Source of the DNA: the human T2T-CHM13v2.0 reference genome, Homo sapiens
DNA: 64,000 nucleotides
NCBI RefSeq assembly: GCF_009914755.1
Contig: NC_060928.1
Reading direction: 5' to 3' (one strand)
In this document: in pieces, positions 12,435 through 24,760 of the stretch
How the letters are laid out: each line of letters starts with the position of its first letter
How positions within the stretch are numbered: the first letter of the stretch is position 1
The notes under the pieces: generated by a model
What the model was told of the DNA's origin: nothing
The model's database searches: none
Seen by the model: the letters and a program-made list of their open reading frames with translations, nothing else
Translations under genes and position numbers: made by a program

Positions 12435-13600
12435 ATACAAAAATTGATTGATGATGGATTAAAGACATAAACGTAAGACCTAAAACCATAAAAACCCAAG
12501 AAAACCTAGGCAGTACCATTCAGGACATAGGCATGGGCAAAGACTTTATGACTAAAACACCAAAAGCAATGTCAACAAAAGCCAAAATTGACAAATGGGA
12601 TCTCATTAAACTAAAGAGCTTCTCCACAGAAGGAAACTATCATCAGAGTGAACAGACGTCTTACAGAATGGGAGAAAATTTTTGCAATCTATCCATCTGA
12701 CAAATGGCTAATATCCAGAATCTACAAGAAACTTAAACAAATTTACAAGAAAAAAAGAAACAACCCCATCAAAAAGTGGGCAAAGGATATGAACAGACAC
12801 TTCTCGAAAGAAGACATTTATGCAGCCAACAAACATATGAAAAAAGGCCTATCATCACTGGTCATTAGAGAATGCAAATCAAAACCACAATGAGATACCA
12901 TCTCTCAACAGTTAGAATGGCAACAATTAAAAAGTCAGGAAACAACAGATGCTGGAGAGGATGTGGAGAAATAGGAACACTTTTACACTGTTGGTGGGAG
13001 TGCAAATTAGTGCAACCACTGTGGAAGACAGTGTGGTGATTCCTCAAGGATCTAGAACCAGAAATACCATTTGACCCAGCAATCCCATTACTGGGTATAT
13101 ACCCAAAGGATTATAAATCATTCTGCTATAAAGACGCATGCACACATATGTGTATTGCAGCACTATTCACAATAGCAAATACTTGGTACCAACCCAAATG
13201 GCCATCAATGATAGACTGGATTAAGAAAATGTGGCACATATACACCACAGAATACTATGCAGCCATAAAAATGGATGAGTTCATGTCCTTTGTAGGGACA
13301 TGCATGAAGCTAGAAACCATCATTCTCAGCAAACTAACACAGGAACAGAAAACCAAACACTGCATGTTCTCACTCATAAGTGGGAGTTGAACAATGAGAA
13401 CACATGGACACAGGGAGGGGAACATCCCACACTGGGGCCTGTCAGGGGTTGGGGGGCTAGGGAAGGGATAGAATTAGGAGAAACACCTAATGTATATGAC
13501 AAGTTGATGGGTGTAGCAAACCACCATGTCACATGCATAGCTATGTAACAAACCTGCACATTCTGCACATATATCTCAGAACTTAAAGTATAAAAAAAAA
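12435..13600 (+). mobile_element. 5'-truncated primate L1PA (about L1PA7 age), ORF2 C-terminus, 3'UTR and A tail
   Basis: ORF fragments match L1 ORF2p ([19 protein letters not shown]; WIKKMWHIYT.EYYAAIK); 3'UTR ends AGAACTTAAAGTATAAAAAAAAA. Frameshifted. Confidence 0.95.
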
Positions 13601-14228
13601 GAATCCCCAAAGGAAACAAATAGAAAAAAAAATTGAAAATGACATCTTGAGTACAAATATATCAATAATTACTGAAAATCTAAATAATTTTAATGTATCA
13701 GTGAAAAGCAGAAAGTGACAATGTGGATACTGTGGGCAATGTGGCAGTTGGTGATGAAAGACATTAAAGAAAATCTAAGTAAATGGAGAGATGTACCATG
13801 TCCATAGATTGGAAGACCCAACAAAATAAAGATTCTATGAATCATTTCTCCCATGTTGATCCATACACTAAATTTAATTGCCATCAAAATCTCAACAGAA
13901 ATTTTTGTAAACATAAACAAGCTTTTCCTACAATTTATATGGAAAGGCACAAACCTACAGCAACTAAAACAATCTTGAAAAAAATTAATAAATTGAGAGA
14001 AATTACTCTAATATTGAGGCTTGCTTATAACTACAATAATCAAGACTGTATAGTACTATTGAAGGAATAGACACATAGATTAATGGAACAAATAGAAAAC
14101 ATAAAAAGAGATCCACTTCAATATGCCAACTAAATTTGACAAAGGTGTAAGAGCAATTCAATGGAGGAAGGATAGAATTGTAAACAAAAGGTGTTAGAAT
14201 AATTGGACATCCACAAGTATAAAAAAAT

Positions 14229-14335
14229 ATTGAGGGCAACCCACTTGGGTCCCCGTCCCTGCTGTGGAAGCTTTGTTCTTTCGTTCTTCACAATAAATCT
14301 TGCTGCTGCTCTTAACAAAAAAAAAAAAAAAAAAA
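14229..14335 (+). mobile_element. Polyadenylated retrocopy of the LTR12 (ERV9) R region
   Basis: GGCAACCCACTTGGGTCCCC...GCTTTGTTCTTTCG...CAATAAATCTTGCTGCTGCTC followed by A19. It matches the R segment of the LTR12 at about 55017-55094 on the minus strand. Candidate TSD AAAAAAAT. Confidence 0.85.
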
Positions 14336-16659
14336 TGGAACCTTGACCTAAACTTAACACCTTATCCAAGAATTACTCAAAATGGATCATTAACTTAAAT
14401 GGGAAATATGCAATTATAAAACTTTTACATAAAAAACAAAAGGGAATATCTTCAGAATCTAAGTATATGCAAAGCATTCTCAGACTTAATACAAAGTGTA
14501 CAACTGATAGAAGGAAAAATGAATAAAATGGACCTCATTAAAATAAATAAAAAATGTTCTGTGAAAGACTGTTAACAAGATGAAAAGACAAACCATAAGC
14601 TGGCAAAAAATATTTACAAGCCACATACCCAAAAGGACTGCTATCTAGAATCCATAACGAGCTTTCAAAACTTAACATTAAAAAAACAACAATAACACAA
14701 TTTAGAAAATGGTCAGAAGATACAAACAGACATTTCACTCAATAGGACATAAAGATGCAAATAAGCACATAAAAATATGTTCAATGCCATTGGCCATTAG
14801 GGAAATGCAAATTAAAACCACCATGAGATCCCTATACACCTATCAGAATGGTTAAAATAAAAATATAGTGACAGCACCAAATGCTGGTGAACATCGAGAG
14901 AAGCTGCATTAACTGGATCATACATTCCAGATGGGAATGTAAAATGGTACAGTCACTCTGAAACACATGTTAGTTTCTCATAAAAATAAACAATTATCAG
15001 ATTACAAAATACAATACAATTTATCATATGACAAAAAATACAATTATCATATGATCCAACAATTGTACTTCTGGGCACTTAGTCCAGAGAAATTGATAAC
15101 TGTGATCATACAAAAATATTTACAACAATGTTCATAGTAACATTATTAATATTACCCACAACCAGAAACAACTCAAATGTCCTTCAATGGATGATGGTAT
15201 ACCGAACGGTGGTTTATGCATACCATGGAAGACTACTCAGCAATAAAGAGGAATAGACCATTTATCTGCTTAATAACTTAGATAAATCTCCAGAAATTCT
15301 GCTAAGTGAAAAAGTCAATTCCAAACATTTACATAGTCTATAATTTCATTTCTATAACATTTTTGGAAAAACAAAGATAGAAAAAATGGAGAACACATTA
15401 GTGATTGCTAGGGTTTAGAGACAAGTATATGTGTGCATAGGGTGAGCAGAAAGGGGAGGGCCGAAAGGAAGTGAATGTGGGTATAAAAGGCAACAGGAGG
15501 GATTGTTGGGATGATGAAACTGTTATGTACCTTTATTCTGGTGATGGATACATGGCTACATATTTGTTAAAATTTAAGGAACAAAATATAAACACAAATG
15601 AATACAATAAAACTGGGCCAATGTGAGATTGGTATATTGTATCAATATCAATGCCCTGGTTGTGATATTGTATTATAATTTTGCAAAGTTTTATTGTTTG
15701 CAAACTGTGTAAAGGGTACATGGAATCATTTTGTATTTTTTCTTAAAATGCATTTGAATCTATAATTTTCTCAAAAACAAAAGTTTAACTAAAAAATGCC
15801 ATCTTTGAAAAGCTTATGCTAGAGGAAGGATATAAAATGAATAAGAGTATATCAATAGAATAAAGGAGAATGTTTATATATAATAAAATAAGAATGAGAA
15901 AGTGCTAAGAAGAAAGAAATTTATTTCACCCATGTCAACTGGGTGATGGTCTTTAAATGTTGGGAGAATTTTGCCAATTGGAAAATGTAGATGAAATAGA
16001 AGTCCAGATAGCTAAAAACACAAACAAATTTTTCTGTTCAAAAAATTTTCTGTGCAAAATTATAGTTTTAGTATAAAATTATAATTTAGATTTATAATTA
16101 TAAAATTATAGTTTTATAATAACATACACAGATCGTTTTAGCTGATGTGAATATTACAGATCAAAAAGTGGTCAAAGTTAAGACTGAAGTGGGAAAGAGG
16201 ATATTAAAATTAAAGGTTTCGTCTTTCATCTTTCATAATTTAGACAACATGTAAACATTGTACAATCTCGAGTAGGTAACACAATTTGCTTAGTTTTTTA
16301 GAAAGCTTACCTAGGCATAAATATAAAGGAAGAAAAATAAGGAGTGCTAGGGAGGGTGGGGGAAGGTTGAGTTAGAAAAGTTATGGCATAGTCCACAACT
16401 GGACAATGAGTCTCTCTGAAAGGAGGGAATGAAAGATGTATATGAGAGCTTTTGCAGTGGTTGAATCTGATCTGAAAGGAATTTTATTCAAACGGGGAGA
16501 CAGGTCTCATGATCGAGTTTATGGCTTTAAATCTTAATGGGTGATTCGAGTACTGTCAGAAAAAAGTGGAGCAGAGTTTGTTGGGAGGAGAGGGGAAATG
16601 ATGACTTTTAGTTGTGCATTTAAGATGACCCTGGTATATCCAGCTAGCATTGTTCAGCA

Positions 16660-16878
16660 CAGATTTTCTCAACATTGGCTGCTGTGTTGATGTCTGGGCC
16701 AGATTAGCCATGTTGGGGGCATCAACATTTTAGGATGTGTAACAGCACTTCTAGCCTCAATCAAGTAGATGCCAATAGTATGCCTCTGCTAGTTGTCCAG
16801 TTTTGATAATAAAAAATGTTTCTGCACATTGCCAAATATTCCCTAAGCGAAAAAATTCATTCCAGTTGAAAACCACTG
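16660..16878 (-). mobile_element. MER20 (hAT-Charlie) MITE, full length
   Basis: TIRs CAGATTTTCTCAAC and GTTGAAAACCACTG, 219 bp, internal ACATTGCCAAATATTCCCT. Confidence 0.85.
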
Positions 16879-17332
16879 GCCTGGTAGGGTGGGGCCAGTG
16901 GTGGATGATGGAAAACTGTGATTTAAATTTAACAGGGAGATCGAGATTTGATAGAAAGTAGGTAATTCCTTAGCATTTGTTGATGATACATAAAACTTAA
17001 TTGATGATTACTTTTCAAAGTTGGCCTTAAAATATGTGAGAGCAATAATTCATAATTTGGGCCATTTCAGTAATTTCCTGCTATGTATATGTTCATGAAA
17101 ATATAACATTTTATGAAGGATAACTTATGTGAAACTGGATGACTCATAAATCTTAAAATAAAAAGGGAATTAGCTTCAAAAAGTTACTCCATCAGGGAAG
17201 AGAAAAATATATAAGCCAAATTAAATCCAATTTTTAAAAATTTCACATAATGCAAATGTCTGCCATATCTCTATGAGTCAACTTTAGGATATTTTACATA
17301 AAAGTATGCTCTTAATGTAATTTAAATACTTG

Positions 17333-17504
17333 CCTTTTAGACAGTCCTTAAGGTAAGGAATAAACATAATATGACACACAGTCCTTAAGGTAAAGGAATA
17401 AACATAGTACAATATATAGTCCTTTTAGACAGTTCTTAAGGTAAGGAATAAACATAATACAACATACAGTCCTTAAGGTAAAGGAATAAACATAATACAA
17501 CATA
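17333..17504. repeat. Minisatellite: 4 x 37-38 bp units arranged as 2 x 88 bp
   Basis: Core CAGTCCTTAAGGTAA(A)GGAATAAACATA; CCTTTTAGACAG recurs at 17333 and 17421. Confidence 0.95.
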
Positions 17505-17754
17505 GACACTACTGAAAACATGTCTGTGTGTGTGTGTGTGTGTGTTTTACATTTTACTCTCTCATACCTTCTGTTTTACTTTCTACTAGTTATTCTGTGG
17601 AGAATATTGTTGTTTCTCTCCAAAAGATAACATGTTCTAAATTCATATTATTTAGGCTGTCATAAACTTAAAATATCTATAATCTTTTAGTTATAAAATT
17701 AGAAAATAAAATTTTAAAGAAAAAAGCTTATATAAACTTCTAATATCCTTTTTT

Positions 17755-20335
17755 GATTAAAAACCCCTCATCATAATGGGTATGGAAGAAACATACCTCA
17801 AAATAATATAGGTCATATATGGCAGACCCACAGCTAACATAATGCTGAATGGGGAAATTTTGAAGTCCTTTCCTCTAAGGATTGGAACAAGACAAGAATG
17901 CCCACTTTCACCACTTTTATTCGACAAAACACTAGAAGTGCTGGCGAGAGCAATTAGGAAAGAGAAAAAAATAAAAGGCATCCACATTGGAAAGGAAGAA
18001 GTCAAATTAGCATTTGTTCATAGAAAACATAATCTTATACCTAGAAAAAGAAAACAGAACAGATACATTCATTAAAGTTGCAGGATACAAAATTAACATA
18101 CAAAAACCACAAGCATTTATATGTGCTAATAGCAAACAATATGAAAAGAGAAATCAAGAAACCAATCACATTTATAATAGCTACAAAAAATATAAAATAC
18201 CTAGGAATCAATCTAACCAAAGAAGTAAAATTTCTATCCTTGGTAAACTATAAAACTTTGATGAAAGAAATGGAAAAGGACACACAAAAATGGAAATACA
18301 TTTTATGCTACGGATTAGAAGAATGAATATTGTTAAAGTGACAATATTGTTACCTGTTGGAAGGTCTTTACTGTGAGTTGTCCAGGTTCTGGGCATGTTG
18401 AGCAAATAATTGAACAAAACGCACAAAGAAACAAAAGAACGAAGCAATGAAAGACAAAGCAACAAAAGGAAAGAGAAAAAAAAAGTGCAGGTTTACTGAA
18501 GAAGTGAAAGTACAATTCACAGAGCGGGAGTGGCTCAAGAGCTCAAGAACCCCTCTCCACCATTAGGGTTTTTATTAAGCCAAAAGAATCCGGCAACGCC
18601 ACTAGGGGCTGTTTTGAAGCCTCCAATTAGATACACCTTATGAAGGCCTGTGGTCAATCGGAGACTGAAGTGGAAACTTCTGTCTTGTTGTCTGTGTCTT
18701 CACAGGAGTGAAGGTGTGGCCTGTATGCAGCCCAATCTTGCCTAGAACTGCTGCACCTGCTGTTCTTTTGCTTATACCTTAACCCTTGGTTACCACAGTT
18801 CCCTATTGTCATGTCTCAGTACTTTCCAAAGCAATGTAAAGATTCAGCGGAACCCCCATCAAAATATCAATAACATTCTTCACAGAAATTAAACAAAAAA
18901 AATCCTAAAATATATATGGAACCACAAATACCCAGAATAGCCAAAGCAAACCTGACCAAAAAGAACAAAACTGGAGGCATCACATTACCTGGCTTTAAAA
19001 TTTACCACAAAGCTATGGTAAACCAAACAGTAGGGTACTGGCATAAAAACAAACACTTAGATTAATGGAACAGACTATAGAGCTCAGATACAAACTGACA
19101 CATTTACAGCCAACTCATCTGTGACAAAGGCATTAAGAACATACAATGCGGAAGGAACAGTCTTTTCAATAAATGGTTCTGGAAAAAACTGGAAAACTAT
19201 CTACAGAAGAATGAAACTAGACCCCTGTGTCTCATCATATACAAAAACCAAGTTGAAATGAATTAAAGACTTAAGTGTAAGATCTGAAACCATTAAACTA
19301 CTAGAAGAAAGCATTGGGAAAATACTTGAGGACATTGGTCTTGGCAGCTATTTTTTTGTGTGTGAGACCTCAAAAGCACAGGCAACCAAAGCAAATATAG
19401 ATAAATGGGACTACATGGAGCTACAAAGCTTCTGCACAGCAAATGAAACAATCAGCAAAGTGAAGAGACAACCTACAGAATGGAAGAAAATATTTTCAAA
19501 CTACCCATCTGACAAGAGATTAATAATTAGATTATATAAGGAGCTGAAATAACCCAATAGGAGAAAAAGCAAATAACCTGATTTTTAAAATGAACAGATG
19601 AGTTGAACAGACATTTCTAAAAAATAAGACATACACATGGCCAATGGGTATATGACAAAATGTTGTATCATCTCACCCCAGTTAAAATGGCTTGTATCAA
19701 AAAGACAGGCAGAAACAGATGCTGCTGAGGTTGTGGAGAAAGGGGAACACTTATACACTATTGATGGAAATGTTAATTCCTACTGCCACTGTGGAGACCA
19801 GTATGAAGTTTTCTCAAAAAAAAAACAAAACTAAAAATAGAACTACCATATGATCCATAATTCCACTACTGAGTATACATCCAAAAGAAAGGAAAACAAT
19901 ATAGTCAGGAAGTATCTGCACCCTTATGCTCATTGTAGCCCCATTTGCAATAGCCAAAATATGGAATCAACCTAAGTATTCATCAATGGAAGAATGGATT
20001 AAAAATGTATATATACACAATGGAATATCATTCAGCCATAAAAAAGAATGAAATACTGTCATTTACAGCAACATGAATGAAACTGGGGTTATGATGTTAA
20101 ATGCAGTAAGCCAAACACAGAAAGATCAATACTGCTTGTTTTCACTCACATGTGGGAGCTTAAAAATTGGATCTCATGAAGGTAGAGCATAGATTGGTGG
20201 TACCAGAGGCCAGGAAGGGTGGCAGGAGGTGGCATGAAAGGATAGAAAGAGTATAAATATAATTATTACCACTGAACTATACACTTAAAAATGACAAAGA
20301 TGATTACTTTTGTATGTATATTTTACCTCAATAAA
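17755..20335 (+). mobile_element. 5'-truncated L1MA-type LINE (L1MA4-like), ORF2 RT to 3'UTR, interrupted by an LTR
   Basis: ORF 17842-18075 ([27 protein letters not shown]) and IKYLGINLTKEVK are L1 RT motifs. Many frameshifts. Ends TTTTACCTCAATAAA. Confidence 0.92.
18348..18818 (-). mobile_element. ERV1 (MER4-group-like) solo LTR, subfamily not assigned
   Basis: TG...CA termini, 471 bp, interrupts collinear L1 sequence. Flanks ATAT and GTAC are each one change from the expected L1 target ATAC (degenerate 4-bp TSD). Confidence 0.8.
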
Positions 20336-22436
20336 TTTTTTAGAAAGCATACTATTGCAAAATCTTAATAGATAAGATGAATTTATGAAGTGTGTCAAAA
20401 TGAATACTTATACTTTTAAAATCTTGAATTTGTAACATTTTTTTGAAGAGAAAAAGGAGCAAATCTTCTTTCTTAGGTTTTTGGGGTTTTGCTAATCTGT
20501 AGAGCAATAGCCTCAACACTCCTACATAAAAAGGGGGTTGGGGAGGGGGAGGGGAGAACTGCTTCAAATTAAATTCTCCCTTCAGAGTTACATGGTACAA
20601 ATTAGTATATTAGCAGCTCTGAGAAGACTTACAATAAAAGTATCTTTAACTTTGTTCAACCCAGTTTGTTGAATTCTATAGACACAATATAGAGTTTGAT
20701 GTACTAAGGTTTTTTTTTATATATACTTGGCATCTAATTTGTACTGTTCCTCTTATGTCTCTTGACATTAAAAAGTGTTGCTCCTTCTCTGCGCTGAATG
20801 CTGAATAAATGTTACTAATGGTTCCTTCATTATATCTGAAAGCAGTTACCAAATGTATTTACTCTTTTGTATTTTAATGTATCTATTTATATTCTTTTAA
20901 TAGACTATAAACTTTTTCAGGGAAGAAGTCATCACTCACATTTTTTATGCCACTCTACCATGTGGTAGAGTATTATTCAGCCATAAATATGTCTACAGCT
21001 GCCATATGGTACTAAAAAAGCACCTCTACTTCACCTATGAAAAGAGAGTTTCCAAGGTCTTTTCATTTTTTCAGTAGATTAGAAGACTGGTTGATTGAAG
21101 CACACAGTTTTCTGTACAAGTAGAAGACTAACAGCATTCAAAAGTAGCACATTAGTAAATGGCTATGAAGATAGCACAAAAGTGTGTGTGTGTGTATGTG
21201 TATATGTGTGTGTGTGTTGTTGGTGTGGGGTCTCCACATGTGGGCCAATCTTGACTGATATTATTATTACTATTATTATCAGTGTTACTACTATTGTTTA
21301 GCACTTAATTACAAATATAGCACACTGAAATACAGAAAACAGAACTCTCTCCCATCAAAGCACCCTGGTAGAAACTGAAGTTATCTAACAAGATAGAGGT
21401 TTCAGTTTAGTTTCTCAAAACCAGATAAAACAAACAAAATAACTCTACCATAGCAATTTGGAATTTCAATTCTAAAAAAATACATGACCACACCTAGAGT
21501 CTTTCACCTGAAGAGAAAACCTCATTTAAAACACTTAGCTGAATAGGAAGTCATTTTATTGATTTTCGTTTCAAAAATATTTACTCAAGGGACAATGGAA
21601 AGTGTTGATTTAGTGGAAAAGACAAGTAATATATTCACCAGTAAGACACTTAAAAATTAATGAACTTATTACAACAATGATAGATACATAAAAATGTACA
21701 TGTTTGCAACAAGGTTATGAGCTATAACATCAGAGGCTGATGGTAACAGAGTAACTAATTACTATTAGAATGTAGACTTTTTTCTTTGTCAGAACCATGT
21801 TTCTACATTTGCAACTTTCATATTACTTTAGTCACAGTTTCATATGTATTGCTATAAACACATATTTCAAATACTGGGTGGAAACTAAGGCAGCCAGATA
21901 GCTCAATAAACTAAGTGACAGAATGGAATCTCATAGATAAAACTTCTCCTCTGTATAACCTTAGGTCTAGGAAGATGATCTTAGTTTGAATGGCTCTTGT
22001 TAGGTAACTCTTCTAAGTTCAGTATTTCTCTGTAATGTAATTGTAGTTATTTAATAAGTATCATAGATATTATAAATTTGTGTCCAACCTATATTCTGAT
22101 AAGAAAGTTAGCATGAATCACAGATCTGCAACTAAGCAGCCAGCCTCATCATCATTATCCTTCAACTACCTCTGTCTATGTGTTTCAAATCTTCCATTCA
22201 ATTTGGCAAAAACTTTTTGTAAACCTGCACAGGTGCAGAAGCAGTTGATAGCACCAGGTTGGCAAACAGGCAGGCCAAAGAGGGCAGGACAAAGCAAATA
22301 TAAACATGGGTTTCTTGGAAGCCGTTTCCATCCACGTGCAATAGGAACAGCTAAAAAAAAGTCAGTTTCCCTGCCAGAGTCTGTGGAAGGCTATAAAAGA
22401 CTGTCATTACCCTTGAGACACAAGGAATGTCTTTAA

Positions 22437-22585
22437 GGTTCAATGCTAGGACTGTAATACTACTTCAGTGCGTGATTATGGGCAAGTCTCTTGTATGTTC
22501 TGGGCTTCAGTTTTGTTTCCTCTAAAATGGTTGGAATAATGCATCATTTAGAGGATTGGTGTGAAATTTTAATAAGATAACACGC
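22437..22585 (+). mobile_element. MIR SINE fragment
   Basis: Core GGGCAAGTC...TCTGGGCTTCAGTTTTGTTTCCTCTAAAATGG..ATAAT. Confidence 0.7.
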
Positions 22586-22739
22586 TTGATTGAGCAGAGA
22601 CAGAAATTCAACAGGATATTAACTCAATTGACATATTTATATGCTATATACTGTGACAAATGAGGGGAAACAGTGTTAAATATCTGTCTCCACTTAGTAA
22701 CTTATTTTCTGGGCTTTAGCTAGGCTTATAACCTCCAGG

Positions 22740-23090
22740 AGGAAAGACATTTTCTAGTTTCTCTTTATAGCCAAATGTGGCCATGTGGTTAAATTTTGAC
22801 TGATATTAGCAAAAGTGTTCTGTACTGCTTTCAGTTACCTTGTTTAAAAAGAGGGTGATAACCTTTCTTTGTCTCTTGCTCTTCTGCTGACTGAAATGTG
22901 AACATAGTAGCTGGAGCTCAAGTAGCCATCTTGGATCATTAAGTATATTTTATGTATTGAAGATGGCAGAACAACTTGGTCCCTGCAAAATTTGTGAAGC
23001 CATCTTATCAGTCACTTATCTATACCATGAAACTATCCTGTAACATGAATGGAAAAATATACTATAATTTTAAATATTCTGAATTTTCTC
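22740..23090 (+). mobile_element. ERVL LTR, LTR33-like, degraded
   Basis: TGTGGCCATGTGGTTAAATTTTGAC and GCTGGAGCTCAAGTAGCCATCTTGGATCAT motifs. Boundaries and strand from recalled consensus. Confidence 0.6.
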
Positions 23091-24339
23091 TTGGCACTGT
23101 TAAGGGTCACCTTGCTTGTTGTTGTGAAGCAGACAGAAACGCTTCATGTCTTCATACAGCTTATATTCTAGTGGAAAAGGTTGGGAGGGGGCAGGAAATA
23201 GAATTATTCAGCCTGTCCATTTCTAGAGCCCACATTCTTGTGTGAGGGAGAGGCTTGTATTTGGTCCCGTGCTGATGGTTAATTAATAATGCATTTACCC
23301 GGACCTAATATAAGACATAGTGAACCTAAGCCTTTCAGAATGAGACCTTTGATAAATTGAATTGTTCACAAAAGGCCAGTCTTTGATGCCACACAAAACG
23401 ATTCCCTGCTGTCTTCCTTAGATCTCTGAGTTAATAGGATTTTCAAAGCTCATTCTACAAAATTCCATAAAGACTGACTCTTCATTCAATGTGATACGGA
23501 TATATGGTGTGTAAGAAAAGACTGGTGACCTTTAAAGCTGTGAGAAGTAGTTTCGGATCAAATAGTGAGGTGCTATGTATTCTAGTTAAAGGTTTAGAGT
23601 AAGCAGAGATTAGTATGTTTGTAAGCAAAATAGAATTTTTATTAACTAAGTGCAGATATTGTCAAATGGGAAAGGAGTGGACATGTGGAAAGCAAATGAG
23701 GAGGCAGCTACAGTATCCTCAGTGCCATTTTTGTTGGGTCTCTTTTCCCTGACATTAGAAGGGCCAGTGACCCTCCAAAGCCAACTTATATAATTGACTT
23801 CAATATAGTCATATTAAGTTAATTCCCAGAAGGAAAACAGTGTCTAATAAGTCCTTTCTGAGTTGTTCTAAACAAACATAAAAACATATAAACAAGTAAC
23901 AAATAAGCAGTGGTCTTTCAATATGAGAAGAGTAATGAAAAAGCAATCAGAATTGCAGAAGCTGAAGGAGAAAGCAATCACCAAATAAACATCTATCTAA
24001 GAACTTTTATTGAAAGTTTTTTTAAAAAGAACCAAGTTTTGTACACCATGGTGCTAAGCATCAGTTGCTAAAGTTTTAGGTGATCAGTTTGATTCCTGCT
24101 GATAGATCCCGGAGCCGAGCCATCAAAGGAAATTATGTTTTTATTCAGAAAAGAACAAATTGCTCACAATGTCTTTCTGAATCTCGATTTTCTACTCCAG
24201 GAAACTAGAATAAGAAAGGATATTATTAATTTCTTTTTTAAGAAAAATTATAAAATGATGATGGAAGTAGGTATACAGGTATAAAAATTACAGCAGCAGC
24301 AGCAGCAACAATAACAATGATTGAATTTAAGATTTTCAA

Positions 24340-24760
24340 TACACCTACCTCTCCAACCTGATTTTGTGCTTCTTTTTACCTCACTTACTCTTATCTATCT
24401 TGGTCTTCTCTCGGTTCTACAAATATGCAAAGGTATATTTTAACTTAGAGCTTTGCACAGGCTGTTCACTCTGTCCAGAATTGCTCTTTTTCTGACCCTT
24501 TGCTTAGTTGCCGCATTCCCTTATCGAAACATTAGCTCACCTCCTTAACATTATCTCATCTCCTTCCCTCTATTTCCTTATCTATCTCTTTTTAAAAAAT
24601 TGTACTTGATTGATTTCTTCCTGTATCATAGAACATTGGTGTTGTCTTTTCTCAATTGTATTATCTATTTTTCTCAGCACTGAGCACTCAGGGACCAACT
24701 AGCACAGTGTCTAGCAGATTGTGGCTTAATGGTGATACTGGTTGAATGAGTGAATAAATA
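24340..24760 (+). mobile_element. LINE-2 3' end
   Basis: CTTTGCACAGGCTGTTCACTCTGTCCAGAA ... AGCACAGTGTCTAGCA ... GTTGAATGAGTGAATAAAT tail. Confidence 0.7.

Larger units (their letters stand above)
10930..15796 (+). mobile_element. Old, internally deleted L1M (L1MD-like 3' end): 5'UTR, ORF1 remnant, 3' ORF2 and 3'UTR, carrying two younger insertions
   Basis: ORF1-like region at about 11750-12130, ORF2 3' part from about 13750, and terminal TGCATTTGAATCTATAATTTTCTCAAAAACAAAAGTTTAACTAAAAAA. That all parts are one element is inference; 5' boundary approximate. Confidence 0.65.

Noticed and set aside
12648-13548. L1 ORF2-like ORFs as an active LINE
   Set aside because: 5'-truncated and frameshifted, with no promoter, endonuclease or RT domain of its own.
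14235-14311. Idea that the local LTR12 (54689-55630) was the source of the R-region retrocopy
   Set aside because: The shared variants are at CpG positions that decay independently, several other positions differ, and the local LTR lacks the AATAAA. A trans source is at least as likely.
17333-17504. CRISPR-like appearance (palindromic 37-38 bp repeats)
   Set aside because: No unique spacers, units are directly tandem, no cas genes, and the DNA is human. It is a minisatellite.
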